64,000 nt of DNA. Origin: Acutalibacteraceae bacterium (GTDB lineage Bacteria > Bacillota > Clostridia > Oscillospirales > Acutalibacteraceae). The notes under the pieces were generated by a model that made no database searches, was not told the origin of the DNA, and worked only from the letters and a program-made list of their open reading frames with translations. The position numbers were made by a program, and so were the translations under genes. The stretch is from contig JAZNYZ010000003.1 in NCBI GenBank assembly GCA_045594685.1, forward strand, positions 5,670 to 69,669, in the 5' to 3' direction. This document shows, piece by piece, positions 35,660-44,198 of this stretch; position 1 is the first letter of the stretch; the number at the start of each line of letters is the position of its first letter.

Positions 35660-36283
35660 ATGGGACTTCCGAAAATTCCTGATGATATATACGAAAAAAG
35701 ATGCAAATATTGTAAGTTCTTTACCGTAGGTCAAGAAAATAGAGAATTACGAAGTAACGAGGTTTTCTCTAACAAACCAAAAGTTTGCAGAATTCAAGGA
35801 ATAGCCAGGTATTGTTACCAGACACGTGAAAAAGATGGAACCTGCATTGAGCATCCGTATGAGGATGGTGAATGTCGTAGCTTTAATCCAAATTACGGGT
35901 ACCCTGTTTGTTACCATTGCAAATATTATAACCATTTCAGAGAAGATGGTAATTGCTGTTCAAAGAATGTTCCAATGTCAAAAAGAAGAAGCCCGGCAAT
36001 AGTCGGACCTTCAAAATACAATGAATTTGATTATCTTGTTTGTGATAATTGGACATGTTCCACTACTTTTCAAAGTTCAGCAATAAGGTTAGCAGCAGAA
36101 GGCAGACTTCCACGAGTTTTTGATAGTAAAACTTTTAAACTGCTTTCTCCGATAGAAGAAAGTAGAGCGGCTGCTGAGTGGCTTGAAATTGAAAAGAAAC
36201 ATTTTGCTGAAACTGAAAAAAAGGCAAAGGAAGAGCAGTTGGCCAAAAGAACCGATGAAAACGGACAGCTGAGTTTGTTCTGA
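35660..36283 (+). CDS. Cys-rich phage protein
   Basis: ATG 35660 lies 9 nt after AGGAG. Multiple CxxC/CxC clusters. Confidence 0.55.
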   Translation: MGLPKIPDDIYEKRCKYCKFFTVGQENRELRSNEVFSNKPKVCRIQGIARYCYQTREKDGTCIEHPYEDGECRSFNPNYGYPVCYHCKYYNHFREDGNCCSKNVPMSKRRSPAIVGPSKYNEFDYLVCDNWTCSTTFQSSAIRLAAEGRLPRVFDSKTFKLLSPIEESRAAAEWLEIEKKHFAETEKKAKEEQLAKRTDENGQLSLF

Positions 36284-36299
36284 TGTTTTGGAGGTTGCT

Positions 36300-37463
36300 A
36301 TGGGTTCTAAAAAATGGACGAAGGAAGACCTTCTTTATCTTGAGGAAGCTTGGGGAGTTGTTTCAAAAGCCGGTATTGCGAAACATTTGAACAGAAGTGT
36401 TAATGCGATAACATTGAAAGCTCAGCGAATAGGGTTAGGTTCTTTCCTTTTAGGTGGAGAATACATAACATTCAATCAGCTGGTGCAGACAATTACCGGG
36501 CATAACTCACATAGTTATCATTTGAAAAGCTGGCTGGAAAACCGAAAATTCCCGATTCATTATAAAAGGATTAACGAAAAGAAAGTCAGAGTTGTTTACC
36601 TCAATGAATTTTGGGAATGGGCAGAAAAAAATAGAAGCTTTATTGATTTCTCAAGAATGGAACCGCTTTCATTAGGTGAAGAGCCTGCATGGGTGGACGA
36701 GCAAAGGAGAAAAGATTATAAAGCCTTCTCTTTGCAGCGAAAAGACCCCTGGACTCCAGCTGAAGATGCCAAGTTGTTATATTTACTCGAAAAACAAGAA
36801 TATGGCTATAAAGAGCTTTCTGCAATACTCCATCGCTCTGCAGGTGCAATTCAAAGACGTTGCACTGATTTGGGTACCAAGTACCGCCCGGTAAAAGCGG
36901 ACAACCATAGTGCTGAAAGTGCCTGGACTGATGAGGATTATGAAATTCTTGCTGAAGGCATTAAAAACGGTGACAGCTATACAGTTATCGGAAATAGGCT
37001 TGATAAGTCTGAAAAGGCTGTAAGAGGAAAAGTGTATTTTGTGTATCTTACGGAATCAGCTGATAAGGTCCGTGTAATGTTGGGAGACGGTAAGTGGGGT
37101 GACGGTGCACCCGATGTTTTAGTAAAGCAGGGTGTTCACTTGTCACGCTGCAGGTCTGAAACCCGAAGGAACTTATCAACGTTTGCCGGTCTTTTAAAGT
37201 ATCGGATGAAACAATTAAATTATGAACCGTATTATTTTCAAAGAAATATGTGTATGAACTGGGATGACTTCAAAGGGTGCTCAGCTGGTGGTACCGACTG
37301 TGATGCATGTCTTGAATTCAAGAGAATTCGTCCTCAGTACTGTGCCAGATGTGGCGGAACATTTTACGAAAGAAAAGAAAATCGTTTTTGTGAAGCCTGC
37401 AGAACGGCCAAGAAAAAACAAGCACAGAAAAAATGGTGTGCACTTAATAAAAAGGCGGGATGA
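36300..37463 (+). CDS. Protein with three Myb/SANT-like repeats and a C-terminal zinc-ribbon-like Cys cluster
   Basis: WTKEDLLYLEEAWG, WTPAEDAKLLYLLEKQEYGYKELSAILHRSAGAIQRRC and WTDEDYEILAEGIKNGDSYTVIGNRLDKSEKAVRGKV. C-terminal CDAC...CARCGG...CEAC. Confidence 0.6.
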   Translation: MGSKKWTKEDLLYLEEAWGVVSKAGIAKHLNRSVNAITLKAQRIGLGSFLLGGEYITFNQLVQTITGHNSHSYHLKSWLENRKFPIHYKRINEKKVRVVYLNEFWEWAEKNRSFIDFSRMEPLSLGEEPAWVDEQRRKDYKAFSLQRKDPWTPAEDAKLLYLLEKQEYGYKELSAILHRSAGAIQRRCTDLGTKYRPVKADNHSAESAWTDEDYEILAEGIKNGDSYTVIGNRLDKSEKAVRGKVYFVYLTESADKVRVMLGDGKWGDGAPDVLVKQGVHLSRCRSETRRNLSTFAGLLKYRMKQLNYEPYYFQRNMCMNWDDFKGCSAGGTDCDACLEFKRIRPQYCARCGGTFYERKENRFCEACRTAKKKQAQKKWCALNKKAG

Positions 37464-37684
37464 ATATGTCAAACCAAATAAAAAAACTGCTTTCAGAAGG
37501 CGATGTTGTATATTCTGCATCAAGCGGTACTCCGATGGAAGTAACAAAAGTTTGTAAATGTGGTTTTTACATTAAAGGCTCTTACTTTTCCTATAGTGAT
37601 GTTAGGAAAAAATACTTCCTTACTAAGAAAGGCTATGAAGATAGCTTAAAAGAAAAAGAGGTGAGTAATCTACATGTTGTTTAG
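37460..37684 (+). CDS. Hypothetical phage protein
   Basis: ATGA overlap; co-oriented early operon. Confidence 0.5.
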   Translation: MNMSNQIKKLLSEGDVVYSASSGTPMEVTKVCKCGFYIKGSYFSYSDVRKKYFLTKKGYEDSLKEKEVSNLHVV

Positions 37685-37868
37685 AGAGAAAAACAATGAT
37701 GATATAGAGCTTGTGTTGAACCCTGGTGAAAGGGAATTGATATTTAAAGCCCTTAGACACTTTTCGGCATACAACAAAGATGAAGAATATGTTTTGAATC
37801 AAATGGGTTCTATATGTGAGATTTTGAATGTGCTGCATACACCGGAGTTTGATAAGTGTGACTGTTGA
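37674..37868 (+). CDS. Hypothetical phage protein
   Basis: Overlaps the upstream stop; co-oriented. Confidence 0.45.
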   Translation: MLFREKNNDDIELVLNPGERELIFKALRHFSAYNKDEEYVLNQMGSICEILNVLHTPEFDKCDC

Positions 37869-37893
37869 AATCAAATAGGAAGGATTTATAAAA

Positions 37894-38463
37894 ATGCTCA
37901 ATAAAAAAATAGTTGCTTTATGCAAGAAAGAAAATAAGGTTCACATGCTCAGGGGTAAAGATGTGGATTGGCTCGGAAACTGTGTAGGCTATTACCCGCA
38001 AATTGATATGCCTGAATTTACAGAAAAAACTTTCTGTACTGCCTTCGATATTACACCGAAGGCGGCAGGTAAGATTCAATTTGATTTTGCAGGTAAGATT
38101 CCTGAGGGCTATGATTTTTCAGATTGCACCGAGGATGAAGTTGAATGCTATTACTATGAAGATATGGCTATTCAATACGGCGGAAGAGTATTAATGCCTG
38201 TTAGAACAAGTGACGGAATCACTTATCTTGATAAAGCATATCTTGCACCTGTTGCAAATGATGATTTGCTTCATATTTTTGAAAGGCATAGCAAAAACGG
38301 TGTTTTATATTTCGCAGTGAAAATCGGATTTATGGTTACTGCTATTATAATGCCCTATAACGCTATTACCGAAGATTTCGGCAAATCTCTTTCCTTACTT
38401 GCTGAGCTGACACAGGTAAAGCTTGAAAATATGAAGGCGGCAAAGAAAAATGGAACTTCCTGA
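37894..38463 (+). CDS. Hypothetical phage protein
   Basis: RBS aggaagga upstream of the ATG. Confidence 0.55.
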   Translation: MLNKKIVALCKKENKVHMLRGKDVDWLGNCVGYYPQIDMPEFTEKTFCTAFDITPKAAGKIQFDFAGKIPEGYDFSDCTEDEVECYYYEDMAIQYGGRVLMPVRTSDGITYLDKAYLAPVANDDLLHIFERHSKNGVLYFAVKIGFMVTAIIMPYNAITEDFGKSLSLLAELTQVKLENMKAAKKNGTS

Positions 38464-38587
38464 AAACTTTGATAAAGAGGCTTTTATTCAAGGTACCGAA
38501 TTAGCTATAGATTGGAATTTTCCTATACCTGATGAGCAGTATCAATTATACGAAGAGTTGATAAAAGAGAGGAGTTGCGAAAGCTAA
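38450..38587 (+). CDS. 45-aa hypothetical protein (below the ORF-track cutoff)
   Basis: Translation MELPENFDKEAFIQGTELAIDWNFPIPDEQYQLYEELIKERSCES. Overlaps both neighbours (the 14 nt up to the upstream stop codon, and TAATG with the downstream start). Confidence 0.35.
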   Translation: MELPENFDKEAFIQGTELAIDWNFPIPDEQYQLYEELIKERSCES

Positions 38588-38973
38588 TGAACAGCAAAAT
38601 TGAAGAAATTTTGAAACCAGAATGGGTCAATTCAATTATTGACTTTTATGAAATTGACACCTTAAGCGATTTGAAGGATGTAAAAATTGATGAAACACAT
38701 TTTTTTCATATTGTTGACACAAAAATGATAATTGTGTGGGACTTTGATAAGGTTAAGGTTAGCTCAGTTGCTCATTGTTTTGTAAGAGAGTATCTTCAAA
38801 TGTCTGAAGAAAAAACTCTTTTCAAAAACCATGATGGAACAATAATCGAACATGAATATCTGCTCAATAATGCACCGATTAGTGAATTATTAAATTCGCT
38901 GGTAACTTGCCGAGCTCGTGTAAGAAAAAGAATTGGTGAAGTTATTGCTAATAATGGTGCAGAGTTTTATTGA
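38587..38973 (+). CDS. Hypothetical phage protein
   Basis: ATG 38587 after gagaggag. The listed TTG at 38575 is less likely. Confidence 0.5.
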   Translation: MNSKIEEILKPEWVNSIIDFYEIDTLSDLKDVKIDETHFFHIVDTKMIIVWDFDKVKVSSVAHCFVREYLQMSEEKTLFKNHDGTIIEHEYLLNNAPISELLNSLVTCRARVRKRIGEVIANNGAEFY

Positions 38974-38991
38974 TAGAAAAGAGGTCTGATT

Positions 38992-39849
38992 ATGTGCTTA
39001 GGTATGGCTAACGGGTACAGAGTACCTGAAAAAGAAAAAAGCGATTTTGTTATTTCAGATAAGGATGGCAAACTCGTCGTTAATTATAATGGACCGAAAA
39101 ACACAAGTAAAATTTGTGGAGTTTTTACAATAATTGAAGATGATGTAACAGAGTCAAAAATCGAAATAGCTAAAGAAATTGTTTTGAACGAAATGTTTGA
39201 TGTGATAAAAGATGTTGTAAAAAATCACGAAGAGTTTTTTATTATCAAAGATTTAAGTGAGGAAGATGACCCGTTAGGAACAATTGAATTTAAAAAAGGA
39301 TTTAGTGTTGGAGCAAAAGCAATTTTACCCACCGTTATAATAAGTGATTCTGAAGATTTTTTAGCAAGTAGAAAGGTGACTTTTATAGACTCAGGACAAT
39401 CTGATATTGGAACTATAAATGAATTGAAGCGTAAGCTTACCGAAAAAGATGCAGAGATTCAGAAGCTTATAAATGAAATCGCTTATTTAAAAGTAGGGAA
39501 TCCCGGTTATGAAAACAGAGAGTTCATACTTTGGGGAGCTGTAAATACATTTGGTACCGATACACAGCTTGATATAGCTATAGAAGAAATGAGCGAATTG
39601 ATAAAAGCAATTATTAAATATAGAAGATATAACACACCTGTTACCTTAGGCGCAGTTTGCGAAGAGGTTGCGGATGTTCTAATTATGATGGAGCAATTGC
39701 GTATTATCACAAATTCTGAGAGTGTGGACCAATATTTCTTCGATAAAATTCAACGATTAGATTCTCGCATTAAAGAGTATGAATCTAATCATAAAGAAAC
39801 AACCTCTGACCGTATTATGAAAACTTTTATCGGAGGTGACGGGATATGA
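38992..39849 (+). CDS. Phage protein with a C-terminal MazG-like NTP pyrophosphohydrolase domain
   Basis: LDIAIEEMSELIKAI...VCEEVADVLIMMEQL (EExxE...EExxD pattern). Confidence 0.6.
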   Translation: MCLGMANGYRVPEKEKSDFVISDKDGKLVVNYNGPKNTSKICGVFTIIEDDVTESKIEIAKEIVLNEMFDVIKDVVKNHEEFFIIKDLSEEDDPLGTIEFKKGFSVGAKAILPTVIISDSEDFLASRKVTFIDSGQSDIGTINELKRKLTEKDAEIQKLINEIAYLKVGNPGYENREFILWGAVNTFGTDTQLDIAIEEMSELIKAIIKYRRYNTPVTLGAVCEEVADVLIMMEQLRIITNSESVDQYFFDKIQRLDSRIKEYESNHKETTSDRIMKTFIGGDGI

Positions 39850-40031
39850 ATATAAGTCAGAAATGCAATTGTTGTTCGCATGAAAAGGTTTGTTCATTTT
39901 GTAAAGAATACAATTCTATATGTGAAAAAATCGTTTCACTATGCAAAAGTGAAGGTGTAAATACAGTTGAAGTTTCCATAAAATGCAAACATTTTAATTC
40001 TTTGAGTAGTAGTACTACAAATTTTCGTTGA
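39846..40031 (+). CDS. Small Cys-rich phage protein
   Basis: ATGA overlap. CNCCSHEKVCSFC...C...C...C. Confidence 0.45.
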   Translation: MNISQKCNCCSHEKVCSFCKEYNSICEKIVSLCKSEGVNTVEVSIKCKHFNSLSSSTTNFR

Positions 40032-40042
40032 GGTGAGTATGA

Positions 40043-40480
40043 ATGAAAAAATTTACTGATTGGCTTAAAAATGAAGCGAAAGATTGTGGAATGTGCGCCC
40101 CACCGTTGGAACCTCAGAAGGCATTGGAGTTTTTGCAAGAGTATTTGTTGGGTGAAGGTTGGTATGTTACAACTCCTGAAAGCACAAATCAGGTAAATAC
40201 AGAAATTGTTTTTGAAATCCTTTCAAAGCATTCAAGCGAGTTTCGAAAAGAGTGGAAAAAATACACGAAAAAAGAAGATTGGAAAATTACAATGCTTAAA
40301 AATCTTTTCTCAAAAATCAAATTACATATAAAAAAAGCACACTGTTATATAGCGCATATAAGAAGTGGTTGGACTGCTCCTTGTCGTAAGTGTTGTGGTC
40401 ATTACCACAACGGCGAAGCTTATAGGCAGTGTTCAAAATGCCCTTATTTTTCAGATAGGAAGAGTGATGGCAATGTGTGA
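40043..40480 (+). CDS. Hypothetical phage protein with a C-terminal Cys cluster
   Basis: RBS gaggtgag. CRKCCGHYH...CSKC. Confidence 0.5.
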   Translation: MKKFTDWLKNEAKDCGMCAPPLEPQKALEFLQEYLLGEGWYVTTPESTNQVNTEIVFEILSKHSSEFRKEWKKYTKKEDWKITMLKNLFSKIKLHIKKAHCYIAHIRSGWTAPCRKCCGHYHNGEAYRQCSKCPYFSDRKSDGNV

Positions 40481-40637
40481 ATTTCAGCAATTTCCACCGA
40501 GCATAGTTGTAAATGGTGAAATAGTCGCAAAATCAGCACCTATATGCACCTATACCAAAGAGCGTTGCACTTATTGTATTTGTGGTAACCGTAAAACTTA
40601 TGAAGAAGCAAAAAGGAGTGACAACAATGCTCGATAA
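40473..40637 (+). CDS. 54-aa Cys-rich phage protein
   Basis: ATG 40473 overlaps the upstream stop. The listed start at 40365 is an out-of-frame overlap with the upstream gene. Confidence 0.4.
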   Translation: MCEFQQFPPSIVVNGEIVAKSAPICTYTKERCTYCICGNRKTYEEAKRSDNNAR

Positions 40638-40839
40638 AATTAAATCATTGATTGACAGAATTAAAAATTATTCTTCACACCAAAGTTGTTATAACGCTAT
40701 GGAACAAAGTGGGAAAGCCGTATTTGGTATGTGTGACGGATTAGTGGGCGGTGATTTTAATAGCGGATATTTAAGTTATCACTGTATGGATTGTCCGTAT
40801 TTAACATTAACAGATAGGAGTGACAACAATGGCGAATGA
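40627..40839 (+). CDS. 70-aa Cys-containing phage protein
   Basis: ATG 40627 after aaaaggagtgacaacaatg. Confidence 0.45.
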   Translation: MLDKIKSLIDRIKNYSSHQSCYNAMEQSGKAVFGMCDGLVGGDFNSGYLSYHCMDCPYLTLTDRSDNNGE

Positions 40840-40981
40840 AATTATTTTTGTTGATTATGAAATTGGTGACAACTGTTGCAACGATGATAGTTTTGGAGTG
40901 GTTTGCTTAAAGTGTGGAAAATGCGGAAGAAAATTCGTAAATGGATTTTTAGCGGAAGAAGGTGCTACCGATGGCGAATGA
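40829..40981 (+). CDS. 50-aa Cys-rich phage protein (below the ORF-track cutoff)
   Basis: The same ggagtgacaacaatg junction as the previous gene. Translation MANEIIFVDYEIGDNCCNDDSFGVVCLKCGKCGRKF... Confidence 0.4.
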   Translation: MANEIIFVDYEIGDNCCNDDSFGVVCLKCGKCGRKFVNGFLAEEGATDGE

Positions 40982-41378
40982 AATGAGAGATAGGCTGATA
41001 GAGTTGGTAAAAGCAAGTGTCTATGGAAACATAGATGAGGGTTTTGATGGACCTGTATTAAATTGTGAAAATGTTGCCGACTACCTTATCAAGAATGGTG
41101 TGATTGCACCGCCTTGTAAGGTTGGCGATACTGTGTATAGCTTTTGTGATACTTTTGGTCCAATTCTTATTCTGACTTATTTTATTGAAACTTTTCGTAT
41201 TGGTTTTTTAGATAAAGACAGGGATTATTGGGAATGGGAAGCAAATTCGCATGACCCAGAAACCGATGAATTTCTTGATGAAATTGATTTTGACCTTGAC
41301 GATATAGGCAAAACAGTATTTCTCACCAAAGAAGCAGCAGAGCAGAAGTTAAAGGAAATGATGGGTGAGCAGGAATGA
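40971..41378 (+). CDS. Hypothetical phage protein
   Basis: ATG 40971 (MANEMRD) shares gatggcgaatgaaat with the start of the previous gene. Confidence 0.5.
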   Translation: MANEMRDRLIELVKASVYGNIDEGFDGPVLNCENVADYLIKNGVIAPPCKVGDTVYSFCDTFGPILILTYFIETFRIGFLDKDRDYWEWEANSHDPETDEFLDEIDFDLDDIGKTVFLTKEAAEQKLKEMMGEQE

Positions 41379-41701
41379 ATATTATTTGCGAAAGATGTGC
41401 TAACTCGGGTTGCGAATGTGTTCCTTATGATACAGAATGCAACAAAAACTTTAAAGCGAAAAAAGAAAACGAAAATCATTGTTATAAAAAATGCAAGTAT
41501 TTCAATAACGATATTGTTTGTAAAGCACTTCAAGAAGAACAAAACTGTTATCAGTGTATTATTACTGAACTTAACTTCAAAAGGGATGAAGTGAAAAGTT
41601 TGAGGAAAGTGGTTGAGGCTTATGAGCTTGAAAACCAAAAATTGAAAATTGTTTTGGGAGATAAGGTTTTAAAGGAAATGAGGGGTGACAATGACCGGTA
41701 A
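41375..41701 (+). CDS. Cys-rich phage protein with a coiled-coil tail
   Basis: ATGA overlap. CERCANSGCEC...C...C...C. Confidence 0.5.
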   Translation: MNIICERCANSGCECVPYDTECNKNFKAKKENENHCYKKCKYFNNDIVCKALQEEQNCYQCIITELNFKRDEVKSLRKVVEAYELENQKLKIVLGDKVLKEMRGDNDR

Positions 41702-41891
41702 AGATATTGATTCTCTTCCTATTAAAAACGGCCACGATGCAATTTGTAAAGCTATATTTCAAGCAATATACAACAGCAAATTCCCGGACAAGCCCACTGA
41801 ATGTACTATTGATTTGCACGTTGATTTCGGAACGGCAAGCCTGAAGCTGAAAAAAGAGGTAAAGCTGAATGACCACAAGTATTATTGGTAA
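41691..41891 (+). CDS. Hypothetical phage protein
   Basis: ATG 41691 lies 6 nt after gagggg. Confidence 0.45.
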   Translation: MTGKDIDSLPIKNGHDAICKAIFQAIYNSKFPDKPTECTIDLHVDFGTASLKLKKEVKLNDHKYYW

Positions 41892-42327
41892 AGTTACCTT
41901 GCATCAGCTGGAGCGTGCGATTCGCCTTGCACCTGAAGACGAGAATTATAACTCAATGCTGTTCTTCAGATATCTGCAGCAGGCTATGTTGAAATTAGCC
42001 CGAACAAATTTTGTGGATTATAACGAGGTCCGTCAGGCTTTAGCCCTCTTTCAGATAGAGCTTGTATCACCAAGTCAGCAGAAAACGGAGTATCAGGCGG
42101 TTATAGACCGAAAAGCTCATACAATAAGCTGGCGGAAAGATTTCACTAAAAACGGACAATACATAGGCGTTAGTGAATTTATAACAGTTTCTCCTGGCGG
42201 AAAGAAAGTTGAAAGGCGGAAATATAAAATCCATACCAAAATAAACCGTAGCAAACAACGACCATTCAGTGAGCTTCCACCGGAGCTGCAGGAAAAGATT
42301 AAGGAACGGCGGAAAAATTCATTTTAA
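41869..42327 (+). CDS. Hypothetical phage protein (basic C-terminus)
   Basis: Co-oriented; overlaps the upstream gene. Confidence 0.5.
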   Translation: MTTSIIGKVTLHQLERAIRLAPEDENYNSMLFFRYLQQAMLKLARTNFVDYNEVRQALALFQIELVSPSQQKTEYQAVIDRKAHTISWRKDFTKNGQYIGVSEFITVSPGGKKVERRKYKIHTKINRSKQRPFSELPPELQEKIKERRKNSF

Positions 42328-42334
42328 AACAAAT

Positions 42335-42613
42335 CCCCGTGGCAACACGGGGACGAAGCTTTGATTTTAGTTGCTGAAAATCGGCGGCGGAAATGAGAGT
42401 TTCGATTCTCTATATATAAGTATTATATATACAATTTTTAAACAAGGCGGCGGGTGCCGCTTAAGGCTTGTAAGAATAAATTAAGTTAAGAACCATTTTC
42501 AAAATCTGAAAGAGTAAAGATAGAAGAAGGAAGTTTCCGAGGGTTCTCTTTTTCTTCTTGTTATTTAATTTCTTTCAAAACAAAGGGGTTGCAGGGGAAA
42601 CGTGTTCCCCTGC
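42335..42613 (+). other. Origin-like non-coding region: several hairpins and an AT-only palindrome
   Basis: ccccgtg/cacgggg (42335-42352). Perfect palindrome tatatataa-gta-ttatatata (42411-42431). gcaggggaa/ttcccctgc (42591-42613). Confidence 0.4.
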
Positions 42614-42647
42614 GTAATAGAGAGAAAAAAGTAAAGGGGAAAGAAAA

Positions 42648-43499
42648 ATGCAGATAAGGCATAGATTACACATTTACTATACCGGGCAGTACGCTGAAGC
42701 TGAAGTTTTTCCCGTTTTTCCGAAGCCTCGTTCCCGCAAACACAAATTTCAGCCTACAAGCGAACTGCAGGAGCGTATAAATCAAGAAACTGCGGAAAGA
42801 AAATTCCACAGACTTGTGCACACAAATTTCACGGGGGATGATATTACTCTCGGTTTGGATTACTCTGATTATTATTTGCCCTCAAATATTGAAGTTGCAA
42901 AAAAACACATTAAGAACTTTATACGCAGGCTGAAGAGATTATACAAAAAAGCAGGTATAGAGCTGAAATATGTCTATGCCATCGAAATGGCTAACCGCTT
43001 TCACACCCATATGATTTTAAGCGGTGGTGTTGACCGTGACGACGTAGAAAAATGTTGGGGGATGGGCTATGCCAACGCAAAGCGTCTTCAATTCTGTGAA
43101 TTCGGAGTTATAGACAATGCAAACTATATTCAAAAGCAACGTCTTACATATCGTCGCTGGGTAAGCAGCAGAAATCTTATTCAACCTGAAGAGCGTGAAC
43201 ACTATATTTCCAACAAAACAGCAAGAGAATATGCTGAAAACTGGAATGTGCAGAGTTTCATCGAAAGAAACTTTCCTGATTATTGGGTAATTCTTGATGA
43301 TAGCGAATGTATTTTGAATACAACCAACGGATTCGACTATGTTCGCTTGTTCCTCTGCAGGAAGGATGCACAGCTCTCATTCTATTCAACATCTCTTGCA
43401 GAGTTTGATGACCGTGTAAGGCGGAAGATAGATTGCAGAGATTTAAGATTGCCACCTGATGAAGATACTTGGGTGCAAGGTTCGTTGTTCCGACAGTGA
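42648..43499 (+). CDS. Putative HUH-type rolling-circle replication initiator
   Basis: FHTHMIL (HUH-like) and a downstream NANYIQKQ (YxxK-like) motif. Lies directly after the hairpin-rich region. Confidence 0.4.
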   Translation: MQIRHRLHIYYTGQYAEAEVFPVFPKPRSRKHKFQPTSELQERINQETAERKFHRLVHTNFTGDDITLGLDYSDYYLPSNIEVAKKHIKNFIRRLKRLYKKAGIELKYVYAIEMANRFHTHMILSGGVDRDDVEKCWGMGYANAKRLQFCEFGVIDNANYIQKQRLTYRRWVSSRNLIQPEEREHYISNKTAREYAENWNVQSFIERNFPDYWVILDDSECILNTTNGFDYVRLFLCRKDAQLSFYSTSLAEFDDRVRRKIDCRDLRLPPDEDTWVQGSLFRQ

Positions 43500-43532
43500 G
43501 GAGTGGTATGTTTGGACTTTTTACAACAGAAA

Positions 43533-43706
43533 ATGTGTTCTTGCGGAACTGCGCCTGCATTCGCTGATGTAGGCGGAAATATGCCGTTGTATGAAATTTG
43601 TTGTTTCAAGTGCAACAAGACTGTTTACGCTTCCACTGTTCCGGAAGTGTACGAATTATGGGACCAAGTGCGCCTTATCGAAGGTTCACAAGAGAAATTG
43701 TTTTGA
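43533..43706 (+). CDS. Small zinc-ribbon protein, possibly Lar-like (restriction alleviation)
   Basis: CSCG...(14)...CCFKC...ELWD spacing resembles the Lar family. Weak assignment. Confidence 0.3.
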   Translation: MCSCGTAPAFADVGGNMPLYEICCFKCNKTVYASTVPEVYELWDQVRLIEGSQEKLF

Positions 43707-43718
43707 AAGGAGAACGTC

Positions 43719-44069
43719 ATGAGCAGAGTAAATTATAAAAAATACGGGATTTCCAAAAACAGATACCAGGAACTTTCTGCTTTTGCGAGACAGTATGGTG
43801 AATTTGCGGAGAAGCACGAAGCAATCATCAAAGGTAAGGGCGGAGTAGAGGACTGTGCTGTTACAGCTGCAGATATTAAGTCTTACATGGAATTGATTGA
43901 AGAGTGTTTGAATGTTGCCTGCAGTGATATTCCTATGCTCAAGCCTTATCTCTTTAAGAACCTGACCGAAGGAAAAAGCTACAATCAATTAGAGGTACCG
44001 TTTTATGAACGGGGCTTTCTGCTTCGTCGCAAGCTGTTTTTTATCGAATTGAACAAAAGAAAAAAATAG
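43719..44069 (+). CDS. Putative late-gene activator (ArpU/RinA-like position and size)
   Basis: 116 aa, immediately upstream of the packaging genes. Positional argument only. Confidence 0.35.
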   Translation: MSRVNYKKYGISKNRYQELSAFARQYGEFAEKHEAIIKGKGGVEDCAVTAADIKSYMELIEECLNVACSDIPMLKPYLFKNLTEGKSYNQLEVPFYERGFLLRRKLFFIELNKRKK

Positions 44070-44090
44070 CAGTATAAATTCAACTTTTTA

Positions 44091-44099
44091 TGCTATAAT
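44091..44099 (+). promoter_or_regulatory. Extended -10 promoter TGCTATAAT
   Basis: Perfect TGnTATAAT, 100 nt upstream of terS. Confidence 0.5.
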
Positions 44100-44151
44100 G
44101 AAATCGATGAAGGTGTCGAAAACAACTCGCGACATCATTCATTCCGTTCTT

Positions 44152-44181
44152 AGCCGCCTATTTCAGGCGGCTTTTTTATTT
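44152..44181 (+). terminator. Intrinsic terminator between the late promoter and terS
   Basis: agccgcct / aggcggct 8-bp stem, 5-nt loop, then ttttttattt. Confidence 0.7.
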
Positions 44182-44198
44182 GAAGTAGTTGGTGAAAA

